Shown: one piece after another, positions 38,178-52,200 of the stretch | How the letters are laid out: every line of letters starts with the position of its first letter | Numbering within the stretch: the stretch's first letter is position 1 | Source of the DNA: Phoronis australis | Lineage: Eukaryota > Animalia > Phoronida | DNA: 64,000 nt | Assembly (NCBI GenBank): GCA_002633005.1 | Contig: NMRA01000313.1 | Span: 248,001-312,000, forward strand | Direction: 5' to 3' | Notes under the pieces: generated by a model | Told to the model about the DNA's origin: nothing | The model's input: only the letters and a program-made list of their open reading frames with translations | Databases searched by the model: none | Made by a program: the position numbers and the translations under genes

Positions 38178-38633
38178 ATAGCGGCGGATCTAGGATAGCA
38201 GAAGGGGGTCCCAACATGTTCCCTTGGGGAATTGGGCAAAGCGCAGTACTGTTGTATATGCACAGGGCGTCCCGAAAGTTGAGGGAGCCGGGAGTATGAA
38301 CCTTCTGTTCGGAAAATCTGTCGGCTAAAAAACGGGAACGCGATCCCGCCGCGATCTGGGGTCTGAGCCCCCCCCCCCCNNNNNNNNNNNNNNNNNNNNN
38401 NNNNNNNNNNNNNNNNNNNNNNNNNNNNNNNNNNNNNNNNNNNNNNNNNNNNNNNNNNNNNNNNNNNNNNNNNNNNNNNNNNNNNNNNNNNNNNNNNNNN
38501 NNNNNNNNNNNNNNNNNNNNNNNNNNNNNNNNNNNNNNNNNNNNNNNNNNNNNNNNNCGCTGTTGCTGTTTCAGTTTGCTTGCGGCGGCCATGAGGGGGG
38601 CCTGCTCCCCCCCCCACCCTAAATCCGCCTATG
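38178..38633. mobile_element. GC-rich hAT-like MITE(s) spanning an assembly gap
   Basis: GGCGGATCTAGG ... CCTAAATCCGCC inverted ends; N-gap 38380-38557. Confidence 0.45.
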
Positions 38634-39860
38634 TTTAAACACGGATGTGAGTTGGGCAAAATCGTCGATTCAATTCCCGACGAAAGGACCATGACTAGCA
38701 GACGACGCACTTGCCGGGAGTAAGTCTGCCAGGTGTCGATTGTGAATAATGACGTCACAGCTTAAGCGTAAGATCACAGATTTGGCGGAGTTGGCGGTCC
38801 ATGTACCATAGTCTATGATTTGACCACGCCATCACAGAGATAAGAAATTAGCGGGCAAGTTCCATTTTAAGTGGCTGGTCTGCCCAATGAGTTATATTTA
38901 TCTCATTGGGTCTGCCTGCTGATCTGTCGTCTGGTCTACTTTCTTATGAAAGGGCATATCTACGTGATGTATTATACTGTGTTCACATACTGTCAGATCT
39001 GAAGGGAGGTCGGACGTCTGATCTGCCGTCTAAAAATACCACGTGACCGCTTGTCAGACGTTGGATCTACATGTACCTTCTATATATGCAACCTCAAACC
39101 AGATGCCGCATCAGCCGATTTGCTTTTGTTACGAAAATTCAACATCTGAACGCGGTATAAGGCACGTGCTCCCAACTGCAGTACTAGCATTGGTGAACAG
39201 CGCTGAACTAGGCCCTAAGTATTGCGTGACAGCTCATCGATCAAATTGTTTGAGCACGCCGTCGTTCAGCACATAGATGAATAGTAATTGACATATTGTG
39301 GGCTGAACTGCTAGACAATCAGTGATTATCACACTGTTGATTCAATTATGGTTTTCATTTCTTATTTAATGGTCTGCGCCCATGACATCAGGTCAAAAAG
39401 AAAGCTGAGTTGGTTCTGGTATGTGGGTTTTTCGAAAAATAAATGGTACTGTATTTATTTAGTTGCTCATTTTTTTCAAAAAAGAAGATCTACCTGAGAC
39501 AGGCAAACATGATGTGTTTTGTTTTTTTTTCTATTCCAAAGAGCAGTTGCGGGTTGGGGGAAGGCTGGCACGGGTCCTGACAGAGCTCAAAAGTTCTCTT
39601 TTTAACCCCATTTGCTGCAGCTAACATCAAAATGGCGAGACGGTTCAGCATGTTCCCAAATGCCATCAAAAATCTTTTAGAATAGCAAGTTTCGCCAATA
39701 ACAAGGTTTTGTTACCCTCAGAATACCATTTGGTTGAATAGAATTTCGTCCCGCGACAATCTTTGAGAAGGACAGACTCGACTGTAATGCAGACGATCTG
39801 TAACCACGCAACGATTCGGTTGAGTGCCACAGTTCATCTACTGAGATGTCACGGGACAAG

Positions 39861-39926
39861 TTAGGAACTGCCCACACTTGCAAGCCTTTGCATGTTGCTG
39901 TCAAGGTCGCCACGTACCCAGGTGCA
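39861..39926 (-). CDS. Speculative uncharacterised gene, exon 6 (last)
   Basis: ttttactattcAG| CTWVRGDLDSNMQRLASVGSS*; phase 0. Confidence 0.3.
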   Translation of the reverse strand, partial: CTWVRGDLDSNMQRLASVGSS

Positions 39927-40087
39927 CTGAATAGTAAAACTGCTACGTTCGATGATTTGTCAATGTTGGGTTTATGCAGCTGTCTCCGAGAGTGTACATA
40001 GTGTTTTATTTGTATTTGTTACTCTGAATTTCGTATGAAAAAATACAAAATATTCAGCTCGAGTAGATTCTTAAAGCTTTCACTTAC

Positions 40088-40136
40088 CAAACTTATCTTG
40101 GGCACCGTTTTAGCCCCGACATCGTAAGCATGCCGC
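40088..40136 (-). CDS. Speculative uncharacterised gene, exon 5
   Basis: CTGAC branch-like site, ttggcAG| RHAYDVGAKTVPKISL |GTAAGT; only one open frame (phase 2 to 0). Confidence 0.35.
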
Positions 40137-42132
40137 CTGCCAAAGTTTGTCAGTTATTGGGTCAGACCATTGTTAGCCAATCATAGGTTTGGCTTTCCTC
40201 TCTTACGTAGCGAGTAAATGTCCCTAATGCCACACATGGAAAATAGGTCATTCGTACACATTCGCAAGACTGCAAATTCGAGAATTGCGACGAAAGGCTT
40301 TTTTTTGACTTTACGACACAGACAGTCCGTGATTGAACAAGGTTTTGGTAAGCGTCCTCACCAACGTGACGGTAGAAGCCGCTTGTAGGATGCGATGTGT
40401 CAACAGATGGACGCAACAGCAAGTGCAACTTAAAATTAATTAGGTTTTGCGGTTGGACGCAGTGGCGCAGCTTAGGAGGTCCGTTCCGGGTGGCACCGCT
40501 ACACGGTTTCTACTCTAGCGGACGGAAGGTCGAAAAAACAACCTGCTGATGTTGTAAGGAGAGACGGGGCTAAGTGGAATAAATATGATTATTATATGTT
40601 CTCAGTCGTTATCCTCCGTATTCTAGAGCCCGAGTGGATTTTGGAGAATTCTCTAAAATCTAGGAGGCTGCTATGCAACAGAAATTCGCCTGATGTTTGT
40701 AAAACCTCTTGGTAGTTTTGCACTCCCAGGGTTATGTTCCTTATGCTAGCTTACAATGCAACAAGATGGAGATTTTGTCCCATTTTTCTGCCAAATTCAT
40801 AAACCCGCAGGTGGTCTTTTTGGTGAAACGGTCCAATTGGACACAGGTAAAACATATTTTTTCATTCAAGGACATTTTGGCGTGGAATATTATTGAATCA
40901 TTTGATTATTACAAAACAGAAATAATTTGACGACATGAGTACACCAAAAAATTTTCAAAACTGTGTGAAATTGGGCTGTATTATTAAATCTCCAATGGAA
41001 GACATATGCGAATCGTAGGTGGCGCTATCAAATACTCTACTGTCATCTAGCGACAGAGATAATTTCATTGTGTTGCACGCTGGCAGTTCGGGAGTGCGAA
41101 TGTTTCACATTCAAAACCCTGGCTAATACTCTGCTCTGGCCCCACTAACTCAAAATCCAGGATCCGCCCCTGGCTCCTGTGGACGATTGCACGAGACAGG
41201 GACTCAACTAAGTTCCCATCTAACCTTCTGCGCATCTGTGTCTTTGTTTGCTCCCAAATGTGATATTTTTCTATCACATCATCTTAACCATGGGCTCAAC
41301 TAATGACTAACGACGTTTCCTAATAATACTTGGAAAACATATGTCAGTTGAAAGACATGGGGACTTGATACTTAAATTATAGGCCTTGCGTGAAAAGCTC
41401 TATAATTAGTTTCATTAATATTGACAATTCAACGTACAATGTAGGGTTCAGATTCGGTGTGTAGCAGGGCTAAAAACTGACATAGTAATACAGATAAAAG
41501 AGCATTAGAAAGGAAAATCAGAATTTGCTACAGTACACAAACGAAGTGAAAACTTGCGGAATATAGTCGAAACCTACATGTATTACGTTTTCGTTATATT
41601 TCAAAGAGATTTCAAAGTCAAATTTGTCGTCTCTTATACCTACGGGAAGTGTTGCGTAACTGTCTGCTGTGTTCCTTTGAACATTAGCAAACATTTACAA
41701 AATTGTTGCTTTTCACCCTAGATCCATCATTTTCATTTTTGTTATTGCTACACAAATAAATGGCAATACATCAAAGACAAATATTTAGCCCAAAAAGCGA
41801 ACCATTATTTCCAGGTTTTTAACTACAAAACATTGACTTACTTTAGCAAAACACAATATTGAGCAAATATACCAATGAGAAACGAAAATAAAAGACACCC
41901 TTTTCATGCGACTACAATGAACCAAAACAAAAGACAATAAAGTATAACTGCCAAAACAATCCAGATGGATGTAAAGTAGATATTTGCAAATCTGAGGTGT
42001 CTTTAGGGCTACGTGCGTGCGTGCGTTTGTTGTATATTGATTCGTTAGTGAATTAAATAACGTTAGCATGCATCTGTGTGAATGACTGCACCGGGAATTT
42101 AATTTTGACTGAGTGTGATTTATTTGTTTTAC

Positions 42133-42247
42133 GGTAAGATTCCTGAGAGAGTTTTTGATGTCCAATGTATGCCTCGGTCAGTTAATTCATCCACCACAAG
42201 AGTAACCACTGTTCCAGTGTAATGGAATTTCAATAAATTTCGATCAC
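42133..42247 (-). CDS. Speculative uncharacterised gene, exon 4
   Basis: ttgaaaacAG| DRNLLKFHYTGTVVTLVVDELTDRGIHWTSKTLSGIL |GTAAAA; phase 1 to 2; weak acceptor. Confidence 0.27.
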
Positions 42248-43112
42248 CTGTTTTCAAGGAGAGTTTCCCATACTTGAAACTCTCACTGAAAGCCTTGCGA
42301 GATTTTCATCGGAATCCTATCTTGTGAAGATTTCTAATCAATGGTTTTCACAAGTCTGCTGAGAGTTTAAGAATTATGCAACGATACGCTGCTAATAAGG
42401 CGGATACTGACTTTCTTTATTAGCAAGTTTAATGGAGGATTTCAAAATCAATGGTAACGCAACCGGGTCCTGGTTCTCGCTCCCCGAATGTAACATGTAC
42501 ATGTATATGTATTGTATCTTGTCAAATAGCGACTTGATCGATGAAAAATCTCCTTACAAATAGCTCGGGTTTTTCTTCATATCCGCTAAATTCAGGGTGG
42601 ATAACGTTACCATCCCAATAACGGATCATTAAACCGAAGGGGACGGAGTTTAACCTTATCTCATCTTACAACAAATTTTAACTTGAACCTGTTAAAAGCG
42701 ATATAGTGAAAATGAACAGAATTCACCGCTTGCAAACAGTGTGCAGTGAGTCAAACTTGTGTTTAAAAAAGGACAATAAACCCCGCCTTTAGTAAAAAAA
42801 ACATATTGATTTTGGCGATTACTGTTGTGAAATCGGTCACCTCTTGTTCCTTTCATTAGAAATGGTTGTTAGGCTTGAGTCGAACCCGTGGTTTGTTGTT
42901 GCTTCGGACCAGGTTCATGGAGATTACTTGTCACGGAGGGACGGTTTCATTCGCCGAAACAATATGGCCGTCAGGGGAATTTCAAGCGTTTTATTACGAG
43001 CATATTTAATTCAAGCAAATGACAATAACACGTCGATCCTGCCTTGGATAACCACATATATCTGTGAAGAAAGTCCATTTTGACATCAGGACATTGTTTA
43101 TAGGAGCTTTAA

Positions 43113-43938
43113 AGGCGAAGGCAACCTTTTTCCATGTCATTTTGAGCTAAAATAAGGTTGGTTGGTTATCCTAGACATATTTTCCACTTAATTACAGCTT
43201 TTCGTAATTTTATTAATTACTCGTCCGCTACTGCGGAAGTGACGTTTTAGGAGGCAAGCNNNNNNNNNNNNNNNNNNNNNNNNNNNNNNNNNNNNNNNNN
43301 NNNNNNNNNNNNNNNNNNNNNNNNNNNNNNNNNNNNNNNNNNNNNNNNNNNNNNNNNNNNNNNNNNNNNNNNNNNNNNNNNNNNNNNNNNNNNNNNNNNN
43401 NNNNNNNNNNNNNNNNNNNNNNNNNNNNNNNNNNNNNNNNNNNNNNNNNNNNNNNNNNNNNNNNNNNNNNNNNNNNNNNNNNNNNNNNNNNNNNNNNNNN
43501 NNNNNNNNNNNNNNNNNNNNNNNNNNNNNNNNNNNNNNNNNNNNNNNNNNNNNNNNNNNNNNNNNNNNNNNNNNNNNNNNNNNNNNNNNNNNNNNNNNNN
43601 NNNNNNNNNNNNNNNNNNNNNNNNNNNNNNNNNNNNNNNNNNNNNNNNNNNNNNNNCAGCAACAGTGTGGCATGTTGACTGACTAGTAAATGAAAGCAAA
43701 CGACGACGGAACTTAACACAACCGAGGTAGAACAATGACTAACTCGGCAGCTCTCACAGTCAGACTATATGAAAAGAAATTGGCGCGAAATGCTTGCCTC
43801 CTAAAACGTCACTTCCGCAGTAGCCGACGAGTAATTAATAAAATTACGAAAAGCTGTAACTAAGTGGAAAATATGTCTAGGATAACCAACTAACCTTATT
43901 TTAGCTCAAAATGACATGGGAAAAGGTTGCCTTCGCCT
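43113..43938. mobile_element. Kolobok-type element, family B copy 2 (centre in N-gap)
   Basis: TTAA on both sides (43109-43112, 43939-43942); arms homologous to 4950-6215; MPHCC start on the - strand at 43673. Confidence 0.85.
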
Positions 43939-45384
43939 TTAAAACGTTCTGTTTCTATCACCGGAAGTTTATGCTTTTTTGTTGTTCAGTAATTGTCTTC
44001 ATTCCTCTCTCACCTTTTTCGACCATTATTTTAAGCACGAACAGAAACAATAAACCATGGCACTCCACTAGCAGTGGCGTCGTGCCTTTGCCTTGAGTTG
44101 GTCTCCGGGGATTTCATTGAAATCCCAAATCAAATCGCTTAGTTGAAGTATACTATGCAAATGGCTCCCCCGGTAAATATCGATAACTTCTGATGCATTA
44201 TATGATATATGACATACGTGCGTACTTGATAGTCTGTACGCTCCGCAGTCGTTTGCCTTGCCGGCTGCGCAACAACGGCAAAGTGCCAGGTAGATATAAA
44301 GAGGCGAATCCAGGAGAGTTGAGGAGATAGTGGTTTAAAACCGCACGTGGGGATCGAGCCTAAGTGAGTACTAAATTATTTAGCATGTTTCCCGAACAAG
44401 ATGTCTTCAGACCAGCGTTGAATGAATCGCCTTCCCAGCCGATTAAATTGAAGCAATGTTCAAGCCTTCTATGACTTGAACATGGTCTATGGACAACTGT
44501 ATAAACTAGCTACAGAGCGAATACCTAGTTTAATTCTATCAAAATATGCTTTTGTAAACTGCAATACTATAGACGTGGAAAATGTTTGGCTGTAATACAA
44601 GCCATCATGTTTTTATGAATAAGTCGTGCTCTGTCAAATAAACAGAATAATTGTTTATCTCTACAGTCAAGCCAATATAAGCTGTTAAAACGTGTTTGAT
44701 AAACCGTGAGTTCTCTGTAAGTGTAATCTGTCTGAACTGGTGTTCTAATTCGTCGGTTATTCAATTTAGAGGAAACGAGCGCATCATTGTCGTGACTCGA
44801 ATGATAGTAGCATGGATACACATCGGAAATCTTTCACTGGTATTCATAACTACCTTTTCGTTCTGCATTACTTTGTCTCGAGCAAATGGTTATTATGACA
44901 GCATTCCTCCCTCACCAAATGCATGAGTGTTTTAGCACTAGCGATTGTTTTTTGAGAATACTGTGAATGGTCTAAAAAGACAGGTTCAGCCAAAAATAGA
45001 AGAAATTGGTTATGGTCTGTGCCCGACTATTTTTAGGTCTGAGCTTCGCTGCTTCAAGAACATAAACGCCCGCTGGCATCATTTTTAGAGGTTTTGTCAA
45101 CAGTAACAAAAACGAGTTGGCTTGGTAACTCATCGATAACCACTAACTTCCACGACCGTATTTGAGTTGGTTTTGATACGCGCCTCCCGCAAGTTCAGTA
45201 TTATGCAAAGTATGTGCTCGTCATCTGTCTAATATATTGATGATTAGCTTTTTAACTTACTGTTTTACTACAAAATATCGAATAATCGAGTTCGTCAACA
45301 TGTCAACAGTCTTTCTCAGATATGTCTCGGATGTTATCGGAAGCCATAAAGCAAATATGGATGATTAATTTCATAAAAACCAAC

Positions 45385-45500
45385 ATAACAGTTTGCCTCG
45401 TAACATAGCACTTTTTAGTCCAGCCGAAAAACAATCGTTCCATGGAGGGGACAGTTTATCGTGTCCCCTGAGATTCCTGTACAGGAATTTGCGCTGCAGG
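45385..45500 (-). CDS. Speculative uncharacterised gene, exon 3
   Basis: Strong poly-T acceptor ..tttttttAG| LQRKFLYRNLRGHDKLSPPWNDCFSAGLKSAMLRGKLL |GTTGGT; phase 2 to 1. Confidence 0.35.
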
Positions 45501-46435
45501 CTAAAAAAAAAACAAAGAGACGAGACAGTGCAGGGAAGGAATCCTTTGCAAAGATCCTCAGAGTTGCCATTATAAACCATGCGTTGAAACAAAACCACAT
45601 CATAAATTGGTTGGCACCACTGTTATTGACCTAGAGTCTAATGATTTTACTAGACGTGTGCCAAAGAGACAGTCTGGATTCCACGTCAAACAAATCCGTG
45701 AACAGAGAGGATGATGTTTTCCTTCTCAGTTGCTTGTACGCTCAGAGCTAAATAGCCGCAATTTGTGAGCCTTTGGAAGTGGAAATTTTCTGTTAAGTTT
45801 CTCATAGTTTCGGAATGCTAAGAAAGAAAGGTTTTTATTAAAGAAGGTACGTTTCTTGTCCACGCTGATATGAGCAGCACCAGGGCTGCGTTCTGCAGAC
45901 CTCAAAATATTAACGAGCACTCGGGGTGAAAAATCTGATAAAAAGTGAATTCTGTCTCAGAATTTAACATTTTTAACCCCACGTCAGTGCTTGCCATGTT
46001 GCTAAGTTACGCTGGTGATTAGATGCCATTCATGAAGCAGAAGATGTTGTTGACGATTGTTGGCGATTTCCGTAAAAATGTGTTAGAATTCTGACACATT
46101 TCATGTCCCATGGCCAAGCCTCAAATGACTAAAGCGATCAGTGCCATCTTGAGGCTTGGGGACGAGGCTGCTTCAAACGCAGTTAGGCAGCGCCTTCCAT
46201 AGTTCGTTGCGAGGTCATGTGGCGGAAGTCTTTGGAATTACAGTTACAGATTACCTACGATCTTTTTACCCTCTGACACAGCGCCACCTATACTGAAAAC
46301 CTTCCTAGCACTATGAAAGAGTGTACGTTTTATGATCACTGACACTGTTGTTATACAGAGTCATGTTAATATTAAAATAGTCCCTGTGTAAGCAATCAAA
46401 CTGTTACAGCAGAATATTCTCGATACCACGTTTAC

Positions 46436-46559
46436 CCATTTACAAGCCAAGCTTCACTCATACGGCTGCCAAATCGTTTCAAACATAGACCTTGGGTGCT
46501 TGTGTAATTGATTTGCATTGTAACCTTATGTGCTGCGACAAGCTTGCTGCCCAGGTAAG
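46436..46559 (-). CDS. Speculative uncharacterised gene, exon 2
   Basis: gctatggaatAG| YLGSKLVAAHKVTMQ...EAWLVN |GTAAAC; phase 1 to 2; weak acceptor. Confidence 0.27.
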
Positions 46560-47089
46560 CTATTCCATAGCATAAAATGATAGTGCGAAAAACTACATTT
46601 CCACACAATTTGGCTGCGTTTGGAATTCTGTCCTGTGTTGGCATAGCGTAAAATGGGTTTCCGGAAGTAATGCTAACAACCATGTATAGTTTCGCGTTCA
46701 ATTGTTAATTCACATCAGGCTCTTTTAAAGCAGTGACATAAAGAATATTTGTGAAACTTTATGAAGTAAATTTATTTTGGTTCGTGCTTGCTTAGACATA
46801 GATACTCGATAATATATATTTTATCCAGCCGTAAATTCATAAAACTGGCATGCTTTTTTTCAACGACAGACACTTTTCGTCTTTCGCTCTCTGTATATCA
46901 ATGATCTATACGGAAAGTGCATCGTAAAACCATCTTAATCGTCTTTCGTTATGACAACCCATTAGCTCAGTGCTGAAAACGAGTGAGACTTATTCTCGTG
47001 ATCCCGACTCAGTAATCAGCAGATGAAACAAACAGTTCTAACCATTTTGTGATATGTTGTTAATTACAACCAGTTTATTGTGTAGTATG

Positions 47090-47300
47090 AGGGTGCGTTC
47101 TGTAGACGTGAGAAATCTTCCGATAAGGAATGATAGTGCCAATAACCGACTCCGTCGTCTGTTTTTGCTTCCTCATAAAATCCTTGACGACTAGATAGAG
47201 TTCAGCAGCTGTCTAGCGGTGAGAAAAATCTTGCCAAAATCACGTGGTCTCTTTGAAATTACACGACGATATCTCGCGTAATCTCGCGAAGTTTTAGTCT
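47090..47300 (+). repeat. Dispersed repeat (related copy ~54370-54625)
   Basis: TAGACGTGAGAA and GAGTTCAGYAGCTGTCT..GCGG..AAAATCT.GCCAAAATCA shared. Confidence 0.65.
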
Positions 47301-48943
47301 TTTGCGAGGCACTAGCGTTACAGTGTGATTAAATGGCTTAATTTGGTTTCTTTATTTTTAACCTTGTTTCTCTCAACTCATGAAACTGACTTTTTTGAAT
47401 AGGCACTTTTGATGAAATAATAATGTGGAGAAAAAGATACCAGACTTCCTGTATTATCGACCGGTATTATATTTTGGTTGATGTGGATCTCGCCACTACC
47501 TCAGATCACGTTTTGATTTACAAAATTTACGCAAATTTGTGTTCTGCTGGATTTGTACCAGTACCGACGAATAGGTGAATAGGTATTACGTGTCCAATTG
47601 GGTCTCCCAATTATATCCGATTGACGTCAGACCCTACTAAAAGAAGACAAACAACATGTTGTCAGTTCTGCGACATTTCGCAAGTCTGCATACAGAATGA
47701 AGTACTCCATCGTATCGATGTTCACATTTAAAAAGTTTAATTCTAAAAAAATGAGAACTACGTTATAAGCTTGCAATTGCAGCATAAACAAAATACACAA
47801 GTAATATTTTGTCTGTAAGAGCTAAATTCCAAAACCTGTGCTACTATTGGAATTAGTTTTATGTGACACAAAGAGTTCGATCAAACTTAATTCAAAAGAC
47901 GATTTTAAGTCAACAAATGAGCCCATTCATAAAATTTGAAATCAGTTAAAGCTGCAATTCGTCCTGTTTACCCGACTAAGAAAACGAAAATGGAAATGGG
48001 TATGTTGTTCTCATAAAATCGGTCTCATAATACTCCTTATCGTGGTATTGTTCTATTTCCATTACCAACTAGAATGTTGAAATTACCAGTGACTCAACAA
48101 CACGCTTAAGAATTTGTTGGGGGTTGGTCAACCTTAAAATAGCAAATTCGAAAACGGCGCATGTACCTGTGACTCAAGTGCGTGATTAAATTTATAATCC
48201 TAAACCGTTTAGGAATATCATGAAAGGATTTGATGAGAGTAAAGAACCTCATTCCATTTTCGATGTAGCCAGCAAAACAGAGCGAGTGCAGCTACAATTG
48301 TCCCTTGTTTCACTTGCTCTGTGAATACAGTTGTTGAGTGAATGCTTTTGGAATCAACAATCGATATGTTTTGCTCGCGAGCTAAAAAGAAAACGTGACC
48401 AAAGTTGTAGCCTTACATAGAACGTAAAAGAGAACCAACGTACACAACTCCAAACAACACAGCGTAAGCAAATTAGTAACGTAAACCTACACCTACGTTC
48501 GTGTCCCTCTGGGACAACATTGCCGCGATAGATCTTGGTATGTGTTACTTTCAGTTGTGGAAATTGTTTGGTTTTCTTTACGTAGGGTTTATTGTCTAAC
48601 ATGTAGTCAATGACTGGATTGCCAACTTCCGCGAGTACCAATGCCTTCTAACGGAAGAGCAACCCTGAAATTTCACGGGACAGGCCCCGAGAGTTTGTAT
48701 TAATTATAGGCGGTTGACTTTCAACCGAGTGTTGTATTTATCAAAATAAGCCTAATTTCGTTGTTTTTTGTTCGATTCGTTTTTTTGTGTTTCTTGTTCA
48801 TAATCACATCATCTTGAGGTGCGGTTCGTTTTAACCCAACAATTTCATGATAAAATTAGGCAACAACTCGCTCTGTTCCACTATTCATTGTTTCCACACA
48901 CCGACCCGTTGCCCTGCACGGGGATGGGGGAAAGTCTGTCTAC

Positions 48944-49073
48944 CTCTGAAATCTTTTCTGCTCCAACTCTTGGAGAGATTTAGGCTATTAGGAGTTGGAA
49001 TGGGGACCGGGATGCTCGGCCACGACTCTCTGCAGTACTCCTCAATGCTCTCTGACTTTACTGATACCGACAT
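48944..49073 (-). CDS. Speculative uncharacterised gene, exon 1
   Basis: AAAG ATG context; MSVSVKSESIEEYCRESWPSIPVPIPTPNSLNLSKSWSRKDFR |GTAGAC (weak donor, phase 1). Confidence 0.35.
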
Positions 49074-49204
49074 CTTTCTGTTTGACTAAGATGGATGTGG
49101 CGTTATCCGGTCTTGTTCAAGAGAAATTCAACGTTTTGTGTAATTTTTATGATTTCATAAGTAAGAGTTTCGTAAGGAAGAGTTTAAGTTAGTTGACATG
49201 ACAC

Positions 49205-49256
49205 AAAGCCAATGGCATGCTCTGACGTGGTATTAGTCCTGTGTATTGATTGGCTG
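49205..49256 (-). promoter_or_regulatory. Candidate promoter: two CCAAT boxes flanking TGACGTGG
   Basis: AGCCAATG, TGACGTGG and GATTGGCT within ~50 bp, 130-180 bp upstream of ATG 49073. Confidence 0.35.
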
Positions 49257-52200
49257 AAAGGACTTGTCTAGTGTGTTTGCGCTGAAAGACTTATGAAAAC
49301 TAATATTAAATTACAGGCTACTAAATGTCACTGAATGTACTTAAGTATCTTTCAGTTAAATTTAGTGATATTCCAGTAAGTTATTAATCTTCTATATACC
49401 ACAGGGCCGTAGGAAGCGGGGGGCGGGGTGCGCACGCCCCCCCCCCCAAATTTTTAGGCATCATGATTAAACCGTGAAAACCGACATAGGCGCGGGGCCG
49501 GGGACAGTCGAGAAAAGAAAGACTGCGAAATACGAATAAGAGAGAAAATTCAAGAGAACATTTAAAAATCTGCATCAGTGCTTGATTTACATTTTGAGGA
49601 CCATCGTCAAGACATTGTCGTTAGGTCTTCGCTTTTGCAGCACAGGTCGTCTAAACGCACTTGAAAACGTGCACGAAATCAATCATACATGTATATATAT
49701 TCGAAAAATCGAGAAAATTTGTTAAGCAAAGCTTTTGCGGAGCATACTAATTTACTGGAATTTTAAATTCAATACGTCAATTTTGCGAATGCAAAACTAT
49801 GTTTTCCAGATGCCCCTCTCTGGCAAGGGATAACGGAGACAACTTTCGTTTTACTTTTTTCTCAAAACTGTGTATTACTTGAGAAAAATTGATGACCTGA
49901 CAGATAACATCAATTGCTGCGCATTTCCTGACACTTGAAAATATAGAAGAAGGCCATTGATGACATTCAAGTGGCCACCCTTCTGTGTTTTTATTGACAA
50001 ATTCTTAAGGGGCCGCTCACGGAGAGAGGGGCCAATGTTGGAATCGATTACCTCTGTTTTCCTGTTTTTTGTGAAATCGTGCAACCGTCTTTCATGTTGA
50101 AGGAGGTCACTCCCTGCATCGTTTTGGGACAACACAACGGTCGAATGCACTGTCACTCTTTTTTCCAAGCTTAATGATGTTTAGCCTTTCATCTTTAGGA
50201 GTCCCATTTCAGACAGTACTCTCTATAGATGGAGAAGTTCGAGGGAAATGTCCCTTTGTCTTTCTCTAGGCTACATGTAAATCCGACACTGCTTAATATT
50301 CACGATGGAAATTGAGATTCCAAATTCATCAAAAAAAAAACATTCGTGCACAGCACAGCCATTCGACCCAAACAACCAAAAATGTGAAAAAACAGTAGGA
50401 TTGCCGCTATCGAAAGGGTGGGATTTTGAATAACGTGAAGACGACTAATTGTGAATTACACAAAAGGCCTATTTCCGATGATTAGTTATAAAATAATGTT
50501 ACTGTTCCCTGTAGTATGACATGAATAGTATGAGTTGTTTGTAAGAAATTCCCACGTGTGGAAAACACTGCTGTCTAGGCTACTGACCATGTAATGTACA
50601 TATCGAAAGGGGGTACTCAAAGAACTCTCGCAATCATAAACAAGGATTCCAGCGGGGGTTTTTTTGTCAGTAGAGTTCAAGTTTACCTAGTGAACCGTTA
50701 TAGCTACCTTTGAAATGAGCAAAAATACACCTTTTAAGGTGTCTTCGTATTAAAATACGAATGCCCAACCTCCCATATTCCCAAAGTTACCCGTCAAGAG
50801 TCTACAAGCATGCATGCGGGAATTGATTATAACATTCCGTTTTGATAAACAAATTCGTTGGTTTCCGATTTACTTCTTTATGTGTCTACGAAAATTGACA
50901 CATTCATGGATGATTTTTGACAATTAGAAACTAATCTTTTAAGAATTGATGATGTTTCAATGAATTTAATTACAGCCTGAAGTTGAAAAACTCTATAATC
51001 CGATCCCCAAATAGTAAATTACACTTGTAGACGATTTTTGCATATCTAAAATAACTCTCAAAGACATTGATGAAATTCGGACTCACAAACCGTAGATAGA
51101 AAGAACGTTTTAAAAATCCTTAAATAAATAAAATTAAACTCATTGCTTAGAAAGGTTGTCTTTGCACTTCCTTAGTGTTTTTAGTTTCCAGTTGTATTGA
51201 GCAACAATTTTTTGTTCTTCAAGACTGAATTGATTGCTTCTTCTGATTCGCGTGCACGTCATGATTGCCGTACCCACGTTAAAAATGAGATGTAAAACAT
51301 GTAGTAGGCCCGCGCAGAATCTCAGTGATCCACGGGGACTGAATTTGAACTCCGGGCGTTCAGGAAGTGTCTGCATTTTTGGGACACACTATCCTTTTCC
51401 CCAACCACCAGAATCTGGTCATGTTTCAACTAAGCATTTTGAAACAGCCCCAAAGACACTATACTAGGGACTTCGGGACCTCACCTTTCAAAAAACTCCT
51501 TCAAAGAATGACCATAATAAAATAAAGTTTTCCCAAAACTGAATCACAATAAAAAGAATCTTGACCTTACAGCGAGCGCAGACGGCCGGTTAGAGGTGCC
51601 TGTCTTAAGTGAATCATAGTTGAGCTGACCAGCAACTAGCTTTAGTTCATTGGAAATTTCGTATTTTCACTGTTAGATCTCAGCTATAGCTACTAGAGGC
51701 AGCTCCTCGCTATCGGTCAGTTTGCTGGTCCTAGGCCCATTCTAACTCTCCGTGTTGGTTCGCGGTTACTCAACTCTTGAGGGCTTCATTCCCGGGATTG
51801 TCAAAGGGCGGATCCAGGATTTTGAGATGGGGGGCACGGCATAGTATTATCCAGTGTTTTACCCGTCAGAAATTTGCACCCCGAACTGCCAAATGAAATC
51901 TGGGAGAATTTTAGGGAGAATGACCCCTTGGCCACTCCAAAATCCACCACTGTGTCCCCCACCTAGGGCGGACGTGGGAGATTTGGCACACATATGGTGG
52001 CATCGGGAACACAGGGGCGAGGAGGGTGGTGGAGGTGGTGGCGATGAGGGGGTTGTTAAGCGAAGTCGGAATGGTTTGTGCCCCCCCTCCTAATAATTTT
52101 GCCTTCCTACGGCCCTGTACCATTCTCTTCGTCAGATTTACAATCGTATTTCCTTTCTCATCAAGACCTATGGGAGAACAGTATTGTAATACTGGATAGA

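Noticed and set aside
38167-43735. Long ORFs at 38167-38758 and 43188-43735 (also 56270-56827)
   Set aside because: Open only because they cross N-gaps.
44293-46554. Plus-strand gene (TATA-like 44295, donors GTGAGT ~44364 and GTAAGC 46555, MCCDKLAAQ)
   Set aside because: No downstream in-phase exons found; could still be a non-coding or UTR exon.
49875-50168. 97-aa ORF
   Set aside because: Non-ATG start, no recognisable motif and no convincing splice context.
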